This document shows, in pieces, positions 39,801 to 53,300 of a stretch of 64,000 bases of DNA. A program made the translations under genes and the position numbers. How positions within the stretch are numbered: the stretch's first letter is position 1; each line of letters begins with the position of its first letter. The stretch comes from Saccostrea cucullata (lineage: Eukaryota), in NCBI RefSeq assembly GCF_032062105.1, contig NW_026928727.1, positions 124,001-188,000 of the forward strand, written 5' to 3'. The notes beneath the pieces are model-generated. The model was not told the DNA's origin. It made no database searches and saw only the letters and a program-made list of their open reading frames with translations.

Positions 39801-40011
39801 CATTAAACAATTTTGTCATTTAACTTGCTTATAAGTTAAGATAATCAAAGAAACATCCTAGTCTTTAGAGGGTCAAAGACTACAACAAGTGCAAGTTAAA
39901 TTGGAGACAATTTTTAAAGCGTATCCTTTCCATATCATATTTGTAACAGACATGCTTGTGACCTGAAGAAGTAACTATTTGATTCCAGGGTCAACACAGG
40001 AAGGTCAATGA
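24845..40011 (+). CDS. Adhesion GPCR (GAIN/GPS plus secretin-type 7TM); exons 24845-24920, 25418-25534, 25696-25731, 29162-29272, 29514-29585, 30074-30211, 30686-30846, 31554-31727, 31894-31965, 32443-32533, 32635-32745, 32889-33079, 33209-33252, 33402-33519, 34081-34184, 34464-34566, 34753-34979, 35308-35374, 35899-35984, 36069-36189, 36375-36416, 36520-36615, 39320-39362; last exon 39469-39491 or 39989-40011
   Basis: Signal peptide MELLKCLVMCTILFCIFGISANA. GPS FCTFWNF..YWDTYGG..TKCRYDHLTNLAVLV. 7TM motifs GCSISIACL, IHANL, ACKIVTALLHYLFMSAFAWMLVEG, IGWGLP, CWLS..LIWSFVGP, LLPILGVTW, QGTMIFFLHCL. All listed junctions are in phase. Confidence 0.88.
26292..26323 (+). promoter_or_regulatory. 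Putative PSE-like element and TATA-like box of the U3 gene
   Basis: ttaccactgtggtgtatg at about -56 to -39 (the PSE position; resembles TCACC-type PSE starts) and tatataa at -31 to -25 relative to U3 +1. Confidence 0.45.
26348..26569 (+). ncRNA. U3: U3 small nucleolar RNA gene, in intron 25732-29161 of the adhesion GPCR
   Basis: 5' AAGATCATACTCTTAGGGATCATTTCTATAG (boxes A' and A), ACCACGACGATGA (box C'), CTGAGCGTGAAGC (box B), TTGATGACCG (box C), terminal TCTGAGTGGT (box D), length about 222 nt. All colinear with vertebrate U3. Confidence 0.95.
26812..27260 (-). mobile_element. Helentron-type non-autonomous element fragment
   Basis: Starts with the reverse complement of the 3' terminus seen at about 28530-28573 (ctagaggtactg..gagctcactaaatg). 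Carries repeated aataggaggtgcac units. Confidence 0.55.
27607..28574 (+). mobile_element. Helentron-type non-autonomous element interrupted by a Kolobok-like insertion; further partial copy at about 28820-29015
   Basis: 5' hairpin plus gtccgtccgtctgtc microsatellite, internal cattgtgcac repeats, 3' end catttagtgagctcatcactcgcagtaccgctagtt. Confidence 0.65.
27740..28228. mobile_element. Kolobok-like non-autonomous element (TTAA target)
   Basis: Perfect 18-bp TIR ggtcaagatctagtaaat / atttactagatcttgacc, TTAA on both sides, RR..YY termini. Confidence 0.8.
32125..32357. mobile_element. TA-target MITE (Tc1/mariner type)
   Basis: ta|ccgtataagtggaaattttag ... ctaaaaattctgcttatacgg|ta, with internal tttagcga repeats. 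Confidence 0.75.
33705..33865. repeat. Low-complexity minisatellite of tttgcataaa variants
   Basis: Repeated ttgcataaa(t) units. Confidence 0.7.
37072..37815. mobile_element. Degenerate Helentron-type repeat fragments in both orientations
   Basis: aagcaagatgttttgtgaaacact is the reverse complement of the family 3' end. Repeated caaactccaaggtcaagg units. Confidence 0.55.
37836..38370 (+). pseudogene. Truncated, frameshifted reverse transcriptase fragment of a Penelope-like retroelement
   Basis: IGTNCAPLLADLFLYSYE, FRYIDDVLSI and SYLDI. After a frameshift near 38125 it reads TKLHDNRNDFNVSIANFPYLCSNIPSSPAYRVYISQLIRYARAC. Confidence 0.8.
38460..39088 (+). mobile_element. Degenerate Helentron-type element
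   Basis: ctgtctttctggctggcttgtctg microsatellite, aaccttggccataact / ttgacctt repeat units, 3' end ttttacaaatgcatcttgtt. Confidence 0.55.
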
Positions 40012-40074
40012 GTGACAACATGTAATTGTCTACTTAATTATTAACACGGTTTCATATATAGAATATCAAATGAC

Positions 40075-40803
40075 TTTTTATGCGCCAGGATCGAAAGATC
40101 CGAGGCGTATATTGTTTTTGTCCTGTCTGTCTGTTTGTCTGCAAACTTTAACCTTCGCCATAACTTTTGAACCATGAATGATAGAGACTTCATATTTGGT
40201 ATGCCTACTCCACTAATGAAGCTCTTTCAAATGACACCAAGGTCAATGACCTTGTGACCTTGACTGTGACCTATATGCTAAAAATAGAGGTTTTTTTGCA
40301 AACTTTAACCTTTGCCATAACTTTTGAACTATAAAAGATAGAGACTTCATATTTGGTATACATACAACACTTATTAAGCTTTTTTAAAAGACACCATGGT
40401 CAATGACCTTGTGACTTGACTGTGGCCTATACGCTAAATATAGCTTTTTTGACGGCAAACTTTAACCTTCGCCATAACTTTTGAACGAAGAAAGATAGAG
40501 ACTTCATATTTAACATGCATACTCCACTAATGAAGCCCTTTCACATGACACCAAGGTCAACGACCTTGTGACCTTGACTGTGTCTTATATGCTAAAAATA
40601 GCTTTTTTGAACCTTCACCATAACTTTTGAACCATGAAAGATAGAGACTTGATATTTGGTATGCATACTTCACTAATCAAGCTCTTTCAAATGACACCAA
40701 GATCAATGACCTTGTGACCTTCAATGTGACCTTTATGCTAAAAATATCTTTTTTAAAATTTGTTGCCACCGGGCACATAGTGTTTCACAAACACATCTTG
40801 TTT
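40075..40803 (+). mobile_element. Helentron-type element with a 157-bp tandem array
   Basis: 5' hairpin ggatcgaaagatcc and (ctgt)n microsatellite. Unit start aaactttaacc at 40143, 40300 and 40457. 3' end gtgtttcacaaacacatcttgttt. Confidence 0.8.
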
Positions 40804-41339
40804 AGTTATATTTCTCACATAGATGTGCAAGACACAGTTAATCCCAGAGCTAATTTAACCAAGGTCAAGTACAGTGATGGGCGTATTCTGTTTATTGAAT
40901 GGTATGGTGCTGTTGTTAGGATGTGTTTGACTTTCCTTTTGAACAATACATCTGTATAGCTATCCAACCAATTATACTCAAAAATAAGAAAGATTTATGG
41001 TTGTTTTATTAGAAAAGAATAGAAAAATATAATTTTAAGAAAACTTCAACATGGCAGCAACAAAAAACATAGTATTTAACAGCGTTACCCTGACGTACAT
41101 AATTTTTTCTGAGTATACATGATAGAAGAAAATATATAACCTATGAATGAAAGGTTAAAAAAAAGACGGATGAATTGATATGATTAAAACTGTTGAAACT
41201 AAACATGAATTTGCATCAACAAATATTAAGTAACAAAAAGAAATGCACTTTATCTCATGAACCATTACATAATTTTAATGCAAGTAAATTGATTATATAT
41301 ATGAACAAAAGAAATAAACAGATATGATATATATATTTA

Positions 41340-44300
41340 TCACAGTGGAGTAGAAGAGGCACTCTCATTTTCAAAAGCAGCATTATCTTGGAATTTTCCG
41401 AATGTACTAAGGGTCGGGTCTTTTGTAGGTGGATCCTCTACAATAGGACCAGCACTATATACACTCTGTTTGGTGTAGGGTGTAAAACCTACATTGTCAT
41501 AGTCTTTTGGATCTTCAATACTACTAGATCCTGAGGATTTTCCATTACTACTCTTTGATGACCTACAAGTACAGAAACGTTTTTTGACAATCTGAACAAT
41601 TAAAAGCAAGTTCCTGAAAAAAAGACCTGACATTGATCATTTAATTCAAAATTTTAGCAATCTTTTCTACAGACAGAAAATTTCTAAAATTGTACAGCAT
41701 TACTGTTTTTTGGAAGTCAAAAACACAATAAATTTTTCACCCTAAATTTAGGAAACAAGCTGCAAATTTCAATGTAAGCAATATGAATAATTAGAGATAA
41801 CATAAATGTATGAAACACTGAGGAATCACTATTAACAAATGTTCAATGTTCTTGGATAATTGGGTTATCCTCAAACAAGAATGTACATCTCTATGAACGT
41901 CAAGTTTATTGAATCTTCTGTATGTATAAAAGATAACTGTATACAAGGAAATTTTCGCCTCCATTTTTATTTTTGCCCCTTTCGCCACAAGTAGGGGAAT
42001 TCAAAGAACACAGTATAAATTCTTATACAGAACTTGGACTGGGCGAATTCAAAATGAGGCAAATTTGTGAGCAAGTGTAAAAGGGCAAAAATAACACGGG
42101 GCAAAAATAACCCTGTACGCTGACCACAAACAATCAAATCTTTATCTCCACAAACATTGACCCCAAAAATTAAAAATGATTCCACAGTATATTTTATTTT
42201 ATTTTAAATAGTTTGCATGCTTTTCCATAATATATAAACAAAACCAGAGTCCAAAATTTCTATGTTATGTGCATGACTACACAGAGTTATCATTTCACCA
42301 TAATAAGTGTGACTAAAGTATTACTTTCTATATGTTAGTGATGGTCTTTAATTTTCGACTCCCTCTACATCGGGGTATAGACTGGTTGGGTCGCTTCCTT
42401 TAGCTTTAGGTTCAGTTTTAGTGGCTACAGCTCCGTAAACAAAGGAACTCTTTGGATCAACGACCACTTCCTTAATATTGTCATTGTAAGTTTCATTGAC
42501 AAAGGCCGAAGAATTTTTCTCTTCTATGGAGGACGCTGAATTTGAACTGAGCCTGGAACCTTTGTCATCAGACATGAGAGATTTGTGTTTTGTTCCCCTG
42601 CAAGGTCAGTATAAAACATAACACACAACTACCCAAATTGTAAAGAGAACACTTGGAAAGGAAAAATAGGGCTTTTAAACTTCTTTTGTATAATCTCTGA
42701 AATCTGATATTTAAAAATATGTGCATTTTTTATTTTTATCGCAATTTGAACAATACTGTTTCAAAATAAAAAATTTCATCAAATACAACTACTGAGAATA
42801 AGGAAAAAGAACTAATAGGTGCAGAGAATGGAACACACTCGTGTTAAGCGCTACATCTTTCTATTGAACTTAATTTGACGTGTATAAAACAAAACTTAGA
42901 TGCAGTAGCTAAGGGAAAATTAAAAGTGTAGAGGAAGCTATTAACAATATTGGGTAGTTCTCTCATCCCTGAACTTCCTTAAGATTTACAGCAGATCCTT
43001 TAAAGTCCAAAAAGCCATAATTTATCATCATCTCTGAATTTTGTTAAGACTCCCAGCACATTGAAGCATGAAGTCTAGATGAGTGTACAGTAAAGAAAGT
43101 CCATCATTCCTTTGATATCCTTTGTTTTTATCAATTCATTAAGAAGCACAGAGATTCTCAAAAGTCCAGAAAAGTGATTACAAAAATCTACACTGAATAT
43201 CGTTCAGATTAACAGCATACTAAAGCACAGATACTTGGTGTCTAGCAAGCATACAATTTAAGAAAAACCTATCTAAAGATCTACAAGGATAAATTAAAAC
43301 ATGAAGCCTTTCATTTCCTTTATCAGGTTGCATGTTCTACTGTGGGTAGAATTTATAAATTCCTCTGTCCAGTTCAATCTCTCTATCTGGAATCATGTTA
43401 ATCTTTATCCTCATCAAGAAATCTGTCTTGTAACCCACACACTTCATTTCATTCTCATCTTTTAGTCCTTTCTTCCATTGAAAACATTGTAAAATACTAG
43501 ATGATGTACAAATCATTCTTCGTGGATAGGGAATATCATTATATTTTGAATTTTCTTCAAATTGTGGGGCTGAGGTAGGCGTGGTCAAGAAAACTCATGT
43601 TTCAGTTCAAAAAGAAAGAAATGTGCATGTAGCATTTGTTATTCTGTGAAGTGAAGTCAACAAGCAGTGCTTTGGAAACTTGGTAGAAATATGCAGTGTA
43701 ATAAGTAAACGCACATTATACTCAGGAAAAAAGCATTCTGGGATTTAAGTGGCATAAAAAATGGTCAGATGTTAGTTGTGTAATTACTAACTACATGTAT
43801 AACAGTTACTAGTCTTTACATGCAAACTTGAAATCTACTATTGTTATCAAATTAATCACAGAGAGTTAAGTAAATATAGGATTTTTTTTATGATTTTTAA
43901 ACCTGTTGAAAAACAATTTTCAATATTGACGGTAAAGTCATTGATTCACTTCTCCCTAACATTCCATTTCACTTAAAACTAGAATTTTTTACTTCTTTTA
44001 CTTAAGCAAAAAAAATATTCTATAAAATTATAAGAGAAAAAAAGAGACTTGCTTGTACCATTTACTAAATTTAAGAACTCTAATGGCCATATCCTATAGA
44101 CTCTCTGTGATTAAAAGACACCACTAAGTAAGAGTGCGCTACAGTAAGCTACTGATCAGTACTTACCCTGATGTGCGGCAAGCCTTACAGCCCATGACCA
44201 CAGTGGTGAGGAAGAAGAGGGCGGCGAAGGCCCCCAGAATGATGGCTAGGGTCCTATCCTGCTCTACCACTGGGGCCGGGGTGGAGCACTGCCTGTCCTG

Positions 44301-47300
44301 ACCCTGACCCCCAGAACCATTAGGGTTACTAGGCGTGGTGGTCTTTGTAGTGGTGGTAGGGGTGGTGGTGGTTGTAGGGTTAGAATCTGATCCAGGACAT
44401 CCTGGCACTACAAATAGTAGAATAGAGATCAGTGATTAATAAGTATAGGAGCTAGTCTGAAGCCTGTTCAACAAAGCAACAAGAAGTTCAAGAGCACTCT
44501 CCAAAATTCTTTATACCTCCAATAGAAATGTTCGAGAGCGCTCGCTGTGTTGAACAGGCCTCTGGTGTGCATAATAATGCATGGTGTATTGTTGGTTGAA
44601 TTCAGATGGATTTATTTTAGGTGATATAATTTATTTTGTGAGAACCTCCTAGGATGTGGGAGGGTGAACAGGTATGCAATTTAGAAAGGAATGCATTTTT
44701 TATGTGTTTTATCAATAGTGCCCATATCAGTGTCTTTATTTCGAAATGAAAGTTTGTTTAATATTATAATACTTGTATATTGACTTTATTTCTTTCACTT
44801 ATACCTACCAATTTTCTTTGTCCAATCTGTAGTTACTGTGACAGGATCACAGAATTCACAAATAGTGCTGGGATTGACTTCATTGGCAACGTAGCATTTA
44901 CCACCTATAACGCATCCTGTTGTCTACACAAGAAGAAATGAAAAGATCAAAACTGTGAAATATTCTCAGCTGAAGGACTATTAGATTGAGTTCTCTAATT
45001 ATTCCTGATACAATGTGAAATAAAACAAGTATATGTTATTACAGAAATAATAAATTCAGTCAATTAATATTGATAACATTATAACTTACTGTAGTGTTAC
45101 ACTGCCCACTGCTTTCACAGACATAACACATTGGGTGGTAGGCGATAAAGAGTTTGGGTTGGCTGATGGCCTGCCCATTGTTACTGACAGACAGACTGAT
45201 AGCTGAGACAGCGGTACCAGCGGGGGCTGACAGGGAGTCGGGAACGGTACACACTAATAGGGTGGAGGTCATAAACTGGGCTGGGGAGTGGATGACATTG
45301 CCAGTTGCCGAGAAACCAGTAGTGGTCATCTAGAAAAGAATGATACATGTAAATATAAGCATCATCAGAGTATCAACCATTCCACTTTCTTAGCATTATG
45401 AGAGTATCATCTATTCCACTTTATAAGCATTATCCGAGAATCAACCATTCCACTTAAAGGGTACTTAAATTCAAATTTATTCCCCTTTTCAAAAATTGCT
45501 GGAAGCTCCCCCCTAAAACAACTGTGCCATGTAACACTGCAACAAAATATTGACCTTTTGGAAGTATTGAAATTTGTCATTTGATTTTAAAACAGTTTAT
45601 ACGAAAACACTACAAATAAATGTGAAAATTCAATATAAAATGTAATTTTTTTCTCATTTAAAAAACAAACAAATGGAGGTTTAACATGATGGTGTTGATA
45701 TTTAACCCTTATTATCACAGGCCTTTAGATCGCTTAGAAAAAAATTTGACGTGTAAAAAAAAAAAAAAATAAAGGTATGGAACTCTTTTCATAGGGTACC
45801 TACTTTCGCCAATAAAATTCTTTTAAATCAATGCTTTACAATTTTACTTTCTATCCATATCTATTCATATATAAACAATCTTCATGACTACTAAAGTTCA
45901 TTCCATATACTTCTCGAGATATTCTGAAATAAATCCCAAAATTGACCTTATTTTTTTTTACTCGACATCAGCTTGGGCCTTTGAAGGGCTACACTAATTG
46001 TTAAGCGGGAACGACAGGACAAATTTTTCCCGGATTTTACTTTATATACTCGATGCATATTTGCTCATTTGCATTCGAGCTTTACAAGATTTTCTCTAAT
46101 TTAATCATATGAACTAACTAAGTCACTAACAACATTTTAGCGGTCCAATTGTTTTTAAAAGTATATTATACATTGCGGGAAAAATTCGTTCAACCGTAGC
46201 TTCTTTTACATTCATAATAAACATGGCGGTGCAGTTGTTGATATAGACACTTTCAAATTAATTTCTCGTGCAAGGAATTACTATGGAGTTAACGTAACAA
46301 CCTGGAGTAAGAAATCAACTTTAAAATGTTGAAAGATATTGCAAATACTATGCAACTCTTCCCTGCACTTCAAACACCATCTGTTTACATGTGAATGACC
46401 AGGGCCCAAGCTAATGTCGAGTAAAAAAAAGTAGGTCATTTTTAGAATTGATATCAGAATATCTCGAGAAGTATTTGGAATTTCGGAATGAGCTTCGGTA
46501 GAAATGAAGATCGATTATCTATGAATAGATTTAAATAGAAAGTAAAATTTTAGAGCATTTGATTAAAAAATATTTTATTAGCGAAATTGGATACCAAGTG
46601 TAAGAGTGCCATACCTTTATCTTTTTTTACACACACAAATTTTTTAAGCAATCAAAAGGCCTGTGCTTATTATTAAAAGAAATTATACAGTCAAGTCTCC
46701 GTATGAGGGTCAGTAAGTCCTGCTAAGGGTCTACCTGAGTAGCCTGGTAGTGACATTTAGGAGACAGATCCTCAGAGAATGGTCCACCAGAGACTAGCAC
46801 TGTCCTACAGCCTCCATTCTGTAGAGAACACAGACCGTCAGCTTCCAGGCTAGTGATAGAGGGCGCTGCCGACTCCTGGATAGAGCAGTCAGCTCCAATG
46901 TAGTCACGGTAACACTTACACTGACCTGGAATAAAGCAAGTCCCAGTATATAGTGAAAAGATAAAAACTACTCATTTGCAAACACTTATCACAAGTATAG
47001 AATTTAAATTGGTAAAATACTCAGTTTAAGTAAAGATTTGCAAACACTACGCATAGAGAAATCAAATTGGTACAATACTATAAGTAAAGATTAATCAGTC
47101 TTTTAAACAGAAAAATATCTTAATACAGAATCGAATTTTAACATTTTTTTTTTTTTAAGTGTTTTATTACACAAAAACCATATACATCTTGACTGTTGAC
47201 ACAATCATGCTACTTTCACTTTACCTCCTTCACACTGCCCGTTGCCACTACAGTCATTAGGACACACCAGGGTCATGATCTCTGCTGACAGAGTCTGGAA

Positions 47301-50300
47301 GCTTGTGTCTGTACTCATGGTGGGGGCCATCTTAGTGAGCTGGGCTTCACACTGGACCTTTACAATGCTGTCTATAGATACACCACTGGTGCCATCGTTT
47401 GTCTGTTAAGTAATGAAGATAATCTGTTTTTAGAAAAATAAAATTCTCAAGATACATGTAATTGTGATATTTAGTCACAGTCTCATCAAAATATCAGATA
47501 TTTCAATGGTTAAATGCTGCAGTTCACAAAGCAATTAGGCATTTATGTACATCAGTCAACAGAGAAGAAAAGCTTTATCATATATCTCAACAAATGAGTC
47601 TCCAAAATATATAAATTCTAACTGGCTTTTAGATAAAAAAAAATTATTGAATTAATAATAGAAATACCTTAAAGAAATTTAATCATTATACAGGTGACAG
47701 ACTGACCAGTATGGTTTGGAATCACTTACCAGTATGGTTTGGACACAGATGTCTTGGATGGCCTCTGTGAAGCTGGAGCCCACCAGTGTCTGACACTTGT
47801 TCATTAGTGTACTGCTTCCCATCATACTGTCACAGTATTGACCCCCCGTTGTCAGATTCCAGTTACCTGAGGCAGACCTTGTCAATTCTGTGTCCTATTA
47901 AAAATGCAGGCAAACATGTTAAACTCTATTTCATTTCTCTCAAGCATATATCTTATTAACCTCTGAGAAAAATATTCTGACTTCATAATGGGATGAAAAA
48001 TCTTGCGAGAAAAAAAAATCTCAAATAGTAACCACAATTTAAAATCATGGCCACTTCAACTCATCTCCCTCTCATTGCTTTTAAATAATAATTTAAAGAT
48101 GAAAGTACCATTCTAAAATATTTGATTAGCTTAATTAACATTTTAATATTACCAACATTTAAATATTACCCAATTTAACATTTTACACATACCTGAGGAT
48201 CATAGTTGACATCAATACCAGACAGTCCTGCCCATGGACTCTCCACAGCCCTCTTGTTTCTCCTGTTACCCACAGAGTTAGACAGCTGTACCATCTCCGC
48301 AGTCACATCCTTGCCTTTAAGAAAATTATTCCTTCATAAGTCAGTATAGTTGATATTGTTAGCTCAGATGCATTTATCTTTTCTTTACAAACAGCCTATC
48401 GTAGTGATTATTTTTTTTTTTAGCTTAACCCTGCCAAATATTGAATAGATTTTCTTGTTAGAAGGAGGCAATCAAGAACCTTTCATAAAGAGCAAAATTA
48501 TACCTGATGTTGTGAGAGGACAGGTCTTTGATATCAGCATTGGTTCACACCGGTTCTGAATTAGAGTGTTATCTCCGGTACAGGTACAGTAAACTGGAGG
48601 TTGATAGGTAGGATCTGCAGGTGCTCCAATATACAGACTGTCACCAGCCTTATTCCTATTGAAAGAACAAACACAATCAACATCAGTATCACAAGATAAT
48701 ACAGATGTATTTATGTTGTAAAAAAGAAGAGAAAATGTTATCAAATATTTATCTATGGCCTTTTATCACCAACCTCCATCCCTTGATGAAGTGAGCCTTG
48801 TTGGTGGTCAGACTACCAGTTACAGGCATGGCCATGTCATTGTTCTTGTTGGCATCATACACACCACACAATCCTAAAGGAAGAAAAAATATTTGTTGAC
48901 ATTTAAACATTCATTCATTTTATAAACTTCAAACGTAAATTTATACAAGGAAGGTATTTAAGTCTCACAAAAAGTCTCACAAGTGCACGAGTAGGCAAAC
49001 CAAAATTAAGAGACAAACCTTCAGATCTGAGCCAGTCCAAAGATGAAGGCACCACAAAGACACCCAGTTTATTGCTGGACTCTCTCTGAATGACAACCAG
49101 GGCAGCTGTCGGTAACTCAACCTGAAAATGAAATGGAATCTCTCAAGCATAAGCAAAACTTGTTTCTTTTTCTTCTTTTAATCAGTCAAAATCATATAAA
49201 AAATGAAAAACATGGAATGTGTTTAAATATACAATGTACATCTAAGCTGTATAAAACACTCAGATCCCAGTCTTACCATGATGAGATTTCCGTCGTTGTC
49301 CTGGTAGATCTTAGTTCCTTGAGCCAGGTCTCCATTCTTGTACAACTTGACTGGAGATTCTAATGGAGAGCCCTGAGCCTTACTGCACACATCGACCACC
49401 AGAACATCATCCTGCGACTTCACCATAGCTGCACAAGTACAGGTCTTAGATCGAGACGTGCAGGCCTGATTCAGAATGTGGACCTAAAACAAAAGGAAAA
49501 AGTGATTATATCGGATGCTTTGACAATTAGGATTTATCAATAATTGAATTTATAAAGAAATTTGATGAGAAGAAGTACATCTTTTTTTTTTTTTACCTCA
49601 TATGGCATGGTAGCATGCTTGTACAATGTGAATTCTCCTCTGTATCTGTTCTTGACTGTCCTGAGAATAGACACACATAAAATGCATAATATGTGAAAAT
49701 CATATGGCAAAACTTTTAATTGAGCACTTCAAATACAGAGTAAATCTGTTCAGATGAGCTAATACATGTAGTTGCTTACTTTCCATCAAAACTAACAATG
49801 TAGGAGTCAGAAGATGAACAGAAAGCTGGCTGATCAGTGTCAGTTGCAACAACCTACAAAAAACAAAGAGAAAACATTTTAGCACATACTCACTAATCTT
49901 CACCTATTTTGATGTTGAAATGAAGTAAACTAGCTGTCAAAATTGCTTCGGCCCTAGGAGACATCTTGAACAGATTGTTCCTACATACATGTATTTCCTT
50001 TCGTATCTTTGAATGATATACCTTCATGTCTGGCATCTGTCTGGTGAGAACCAGCTGATTGTCTGTGTATTTCTCCACCACCATACTGAGGTTGACATCC
50101 TGGACTCTGTCATACAACATGTCACTGCTGGCCACCAGAGGGATCTGTGTGCCTTTCTCCCAGTTGTCAGAAGTGAAAGTAAAAGTACATGGATCTGCAA
50201 CACCCTCTCCTTTATACACAACTACTTGTGGTATTCTTTCTTGATTTTCGGTGCACCTATAATAATCAAAATTAAATGTCAAAAGTAGTAAAGGATTTAA

Positions 50301-53300
50301 GGGTATTCAGTGACTTAAAACTCAGTTACTGGCAGTTCACTTATGAAAAAATTAAATTTCTTTGTAGACAGTGGAGTAGAGACTATATTTATTCAGACCA
50401 CTTACATTGGTGTGGAGACAGGGTTGTTGCTAAGTTGGAGTTTGACCTTGACCTGGCAAGTTTTACCGGCCTCACACTTGTCACTGGGGGACTCAGAAAG
50501 CTTCAGACCCAGGGTCTCCTCTGTACCTCCCTCTATCAGCCGCAGGGTGGACTTGGTATTGATACTTGTCTGCAAATATTGAAGTAAACAATCCATGTTA
50601 TAAATGTCTAGTACAAAATGAATATCATATCCTAAGAATAGCCATACAATTTATATTTGTAACAATATGTTTAATAAATGTGTATAATTTTATGTCAAGT
50701 AGCTATCATTCATTTAATTAAGAATACTGAATATGCAGAATACAAGTTTTTAAATGTAAGAATGTGCATACTACAAGATTTGGCAGTGGTATACAGGTAG
50801 ATGCAATCTTGTCATAAGCAGCTTGTAGTTCTAATTCTGTACGACGGATTGTTTCTCCATCACAAGACTTAAGGTTGGCTGTCACACACTGCAGGGTACT
50901 CTCATAAGCACTGAAATTGGGAAAAACCACATCATGTATTTTATAATCCCTGTTAATCACTCAAAATTAATCATCTACAACAAGATGACAAAAATATGAC
51001 TGAATTCAACTTAAAATGCACTTAAATTTTTTTTAAATAAAAGTGTTATTTAGTACATATAACATTTAAACATATAATTAATTTCTACAAGCAATATCAT
51101 TTTGAAATTTATAAATAACTGTAAAACTGTTTTAACAAATCATTTAATTCAGCAATAACAAAAATGTACACAACTGACCTGCAGCTTGGGTTGGCCTGGA
51201 AGCTACTGATACATTTCTTGGCGGCATCCAGTTGACAGTCTGTCTGTGACCTACACATGGTGTCCTTGGCTGCCTTCATCTCAGACAAAGCACCGCGGAA
51301 GTGATAGCTCACCTCATCATCCTTACAGCTCTGGATCAGTGCTGTGACATTCTGTATGGTGCCAGGCAGCATACTTGTAAAAGAGAGCAAAACATAATTA
51401 ACTCAATAAATTTTGAGTCACAGGACCTTCAAAATGTAAATAACTGCTAGCTTGTAAAAAATGTGTATTTTTATTACATGATATGTCAAAGATAACATTA
51501 TTACGGAATCATTCATATAAATTAGTATACCAAGTGAAGTCATAACTTACTCGCAGAAAGCCTTCATGTCCATGATTGATCCAACCTGGTGCATGGCAAG
51601 TGTGGCTGCTGGGAGAATCTGACAGGTGTCTGGCTCTACAAAAAAATCCATTTTTTTTTTAAAATACTTGCTCATATTGCTTCATTCAAAATTTTCCCAA
51701 ATACAAAGAAATAAATCAAGCAAACTGAAAATTCATATCTCTGCTTGTAAATCTCACCCTCCATTAAATCACAGGACCTCTCCTTAGCACACATGTCATT
51801 GATGACCACATAAAGCTCTGATCCCACTCCTGCAATGAACCCTGCCACATCACTACGGAGACCCGATGTCGAGCTGCGGAGGTTATTTATGATACAACTA
51901 AAAGCCTGGGTGGCCCCCATGCATTGCATGGTTTTGACCTTCAGATACATGTCTTGGTGACTCTTCAGTCCTCGTGTCATGACATCCAAGACTTGAAGGT
52001 CATACACCATCATCCTCCCTTCACTGCTCCTGTCTTCCTTCATCATCTTCGCCACAGACTTCTCTATCTCCTTTGACATCATGTTGATGACAGAGGATGA
52101 GATGTTGTCCATTGACATCTTCCACTGACTCATCCTCATCATCGGGTCCTTACCATAAGTCATGTCCCACATCATCTGAAATAGATAGAAACATTAAAAC
52201 TATGGGAACAAACATCCTGCAATGTATAAATTAAATCACAACAAAGACTGAACTGTACATAAAAAATAGGACTTTTCAGGCCTTAAAAAAATCTGCAAAC
52301 AAAGAAATAGTAAATTTTGAAATAACATCAGATCTGCAAATTGTAAGAAGTACATAAATTCAATATATTCTATTCACATACAGTGCTTTTTTTTTTATTG
52401 TTAATAACACTTAAATGCATTAACATGGTAACAATTCTCTTTCCTATATATTTTCTATGTAAAACTTTGATACCCTATTGTGGCCCCGCCCTTCCCCCGG
52501 GGGTCATGATTTGGAATCTACACTATACCAGGATGCTTCCACATAAGTTTAGCTTTTCTGGCCCAGTGGTTTGAGAAGAAGATTTTCAAAGATTTCTCCT
52601 ATATATTTCTATGAAAAACTCTGATTCCCTATAATGGCCCCGCCCTTCCCCCGGGGGAATGATTCCTAGAAATAGAATTTACATTCAGAATGCTTCCACA
52701 TAAGCTTCACTTTTTCTGGCCCAGGGTTCTTGAGAATAAGATTTTCAAAGATTTTTCCTATATATTTCTATATAAAACTTTGATTCCCCATTGTGGCCCT
52801 GCCCTTCCCCCGGGGGTCATGATTTGAACAATTTAGAATCTACATTATACCAGGATGCTTCCACATAAGTTTAGCTTTACTGGCCCATGGTTCTGGAGAA
52901 GAAGATTTTCAAAGATTTTTCCTATATATTTCTATGTAAAACTTTGATTCCCCATTGTCTTCCCCCACACATGGAACAATTTAGAATCTACACTATACCA
53001 GGATGCTTCCACACAGTTTCAGCTTTTCTGCCCCAGTGGTTCTTGAGAAGAAGATTTTTTATATATATATATATATCCCCTTATATGCATTTTAACAATT
53101 TAAATTCCCCTTCACCCAAGGATGCTTTGTACCAAGTTTGGTCAAAATTGGCCCAGTGGTTCTTGAGAAGAATCAAAATGTGAAAAGTTTTCGGACGGAC
53201 GGACAGCTGGACAGACGGACGACGGACAAAATGTGATCAGAAAAGCTCACTTGAGCCTTTGGCTCAGGTGAGCTAAAAACATTAAAACTATGGGTACAAA

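Noticed and set aside
43337-43588. 83-aa minus-strand ORF as a third cytoplasmic-tail exon
   Set aside because: The only AG acceptor between the upstream stop and the ORF start gives phase 1, but the TM exon ends in phase 2. It shares no motifs with the two accepted tails.
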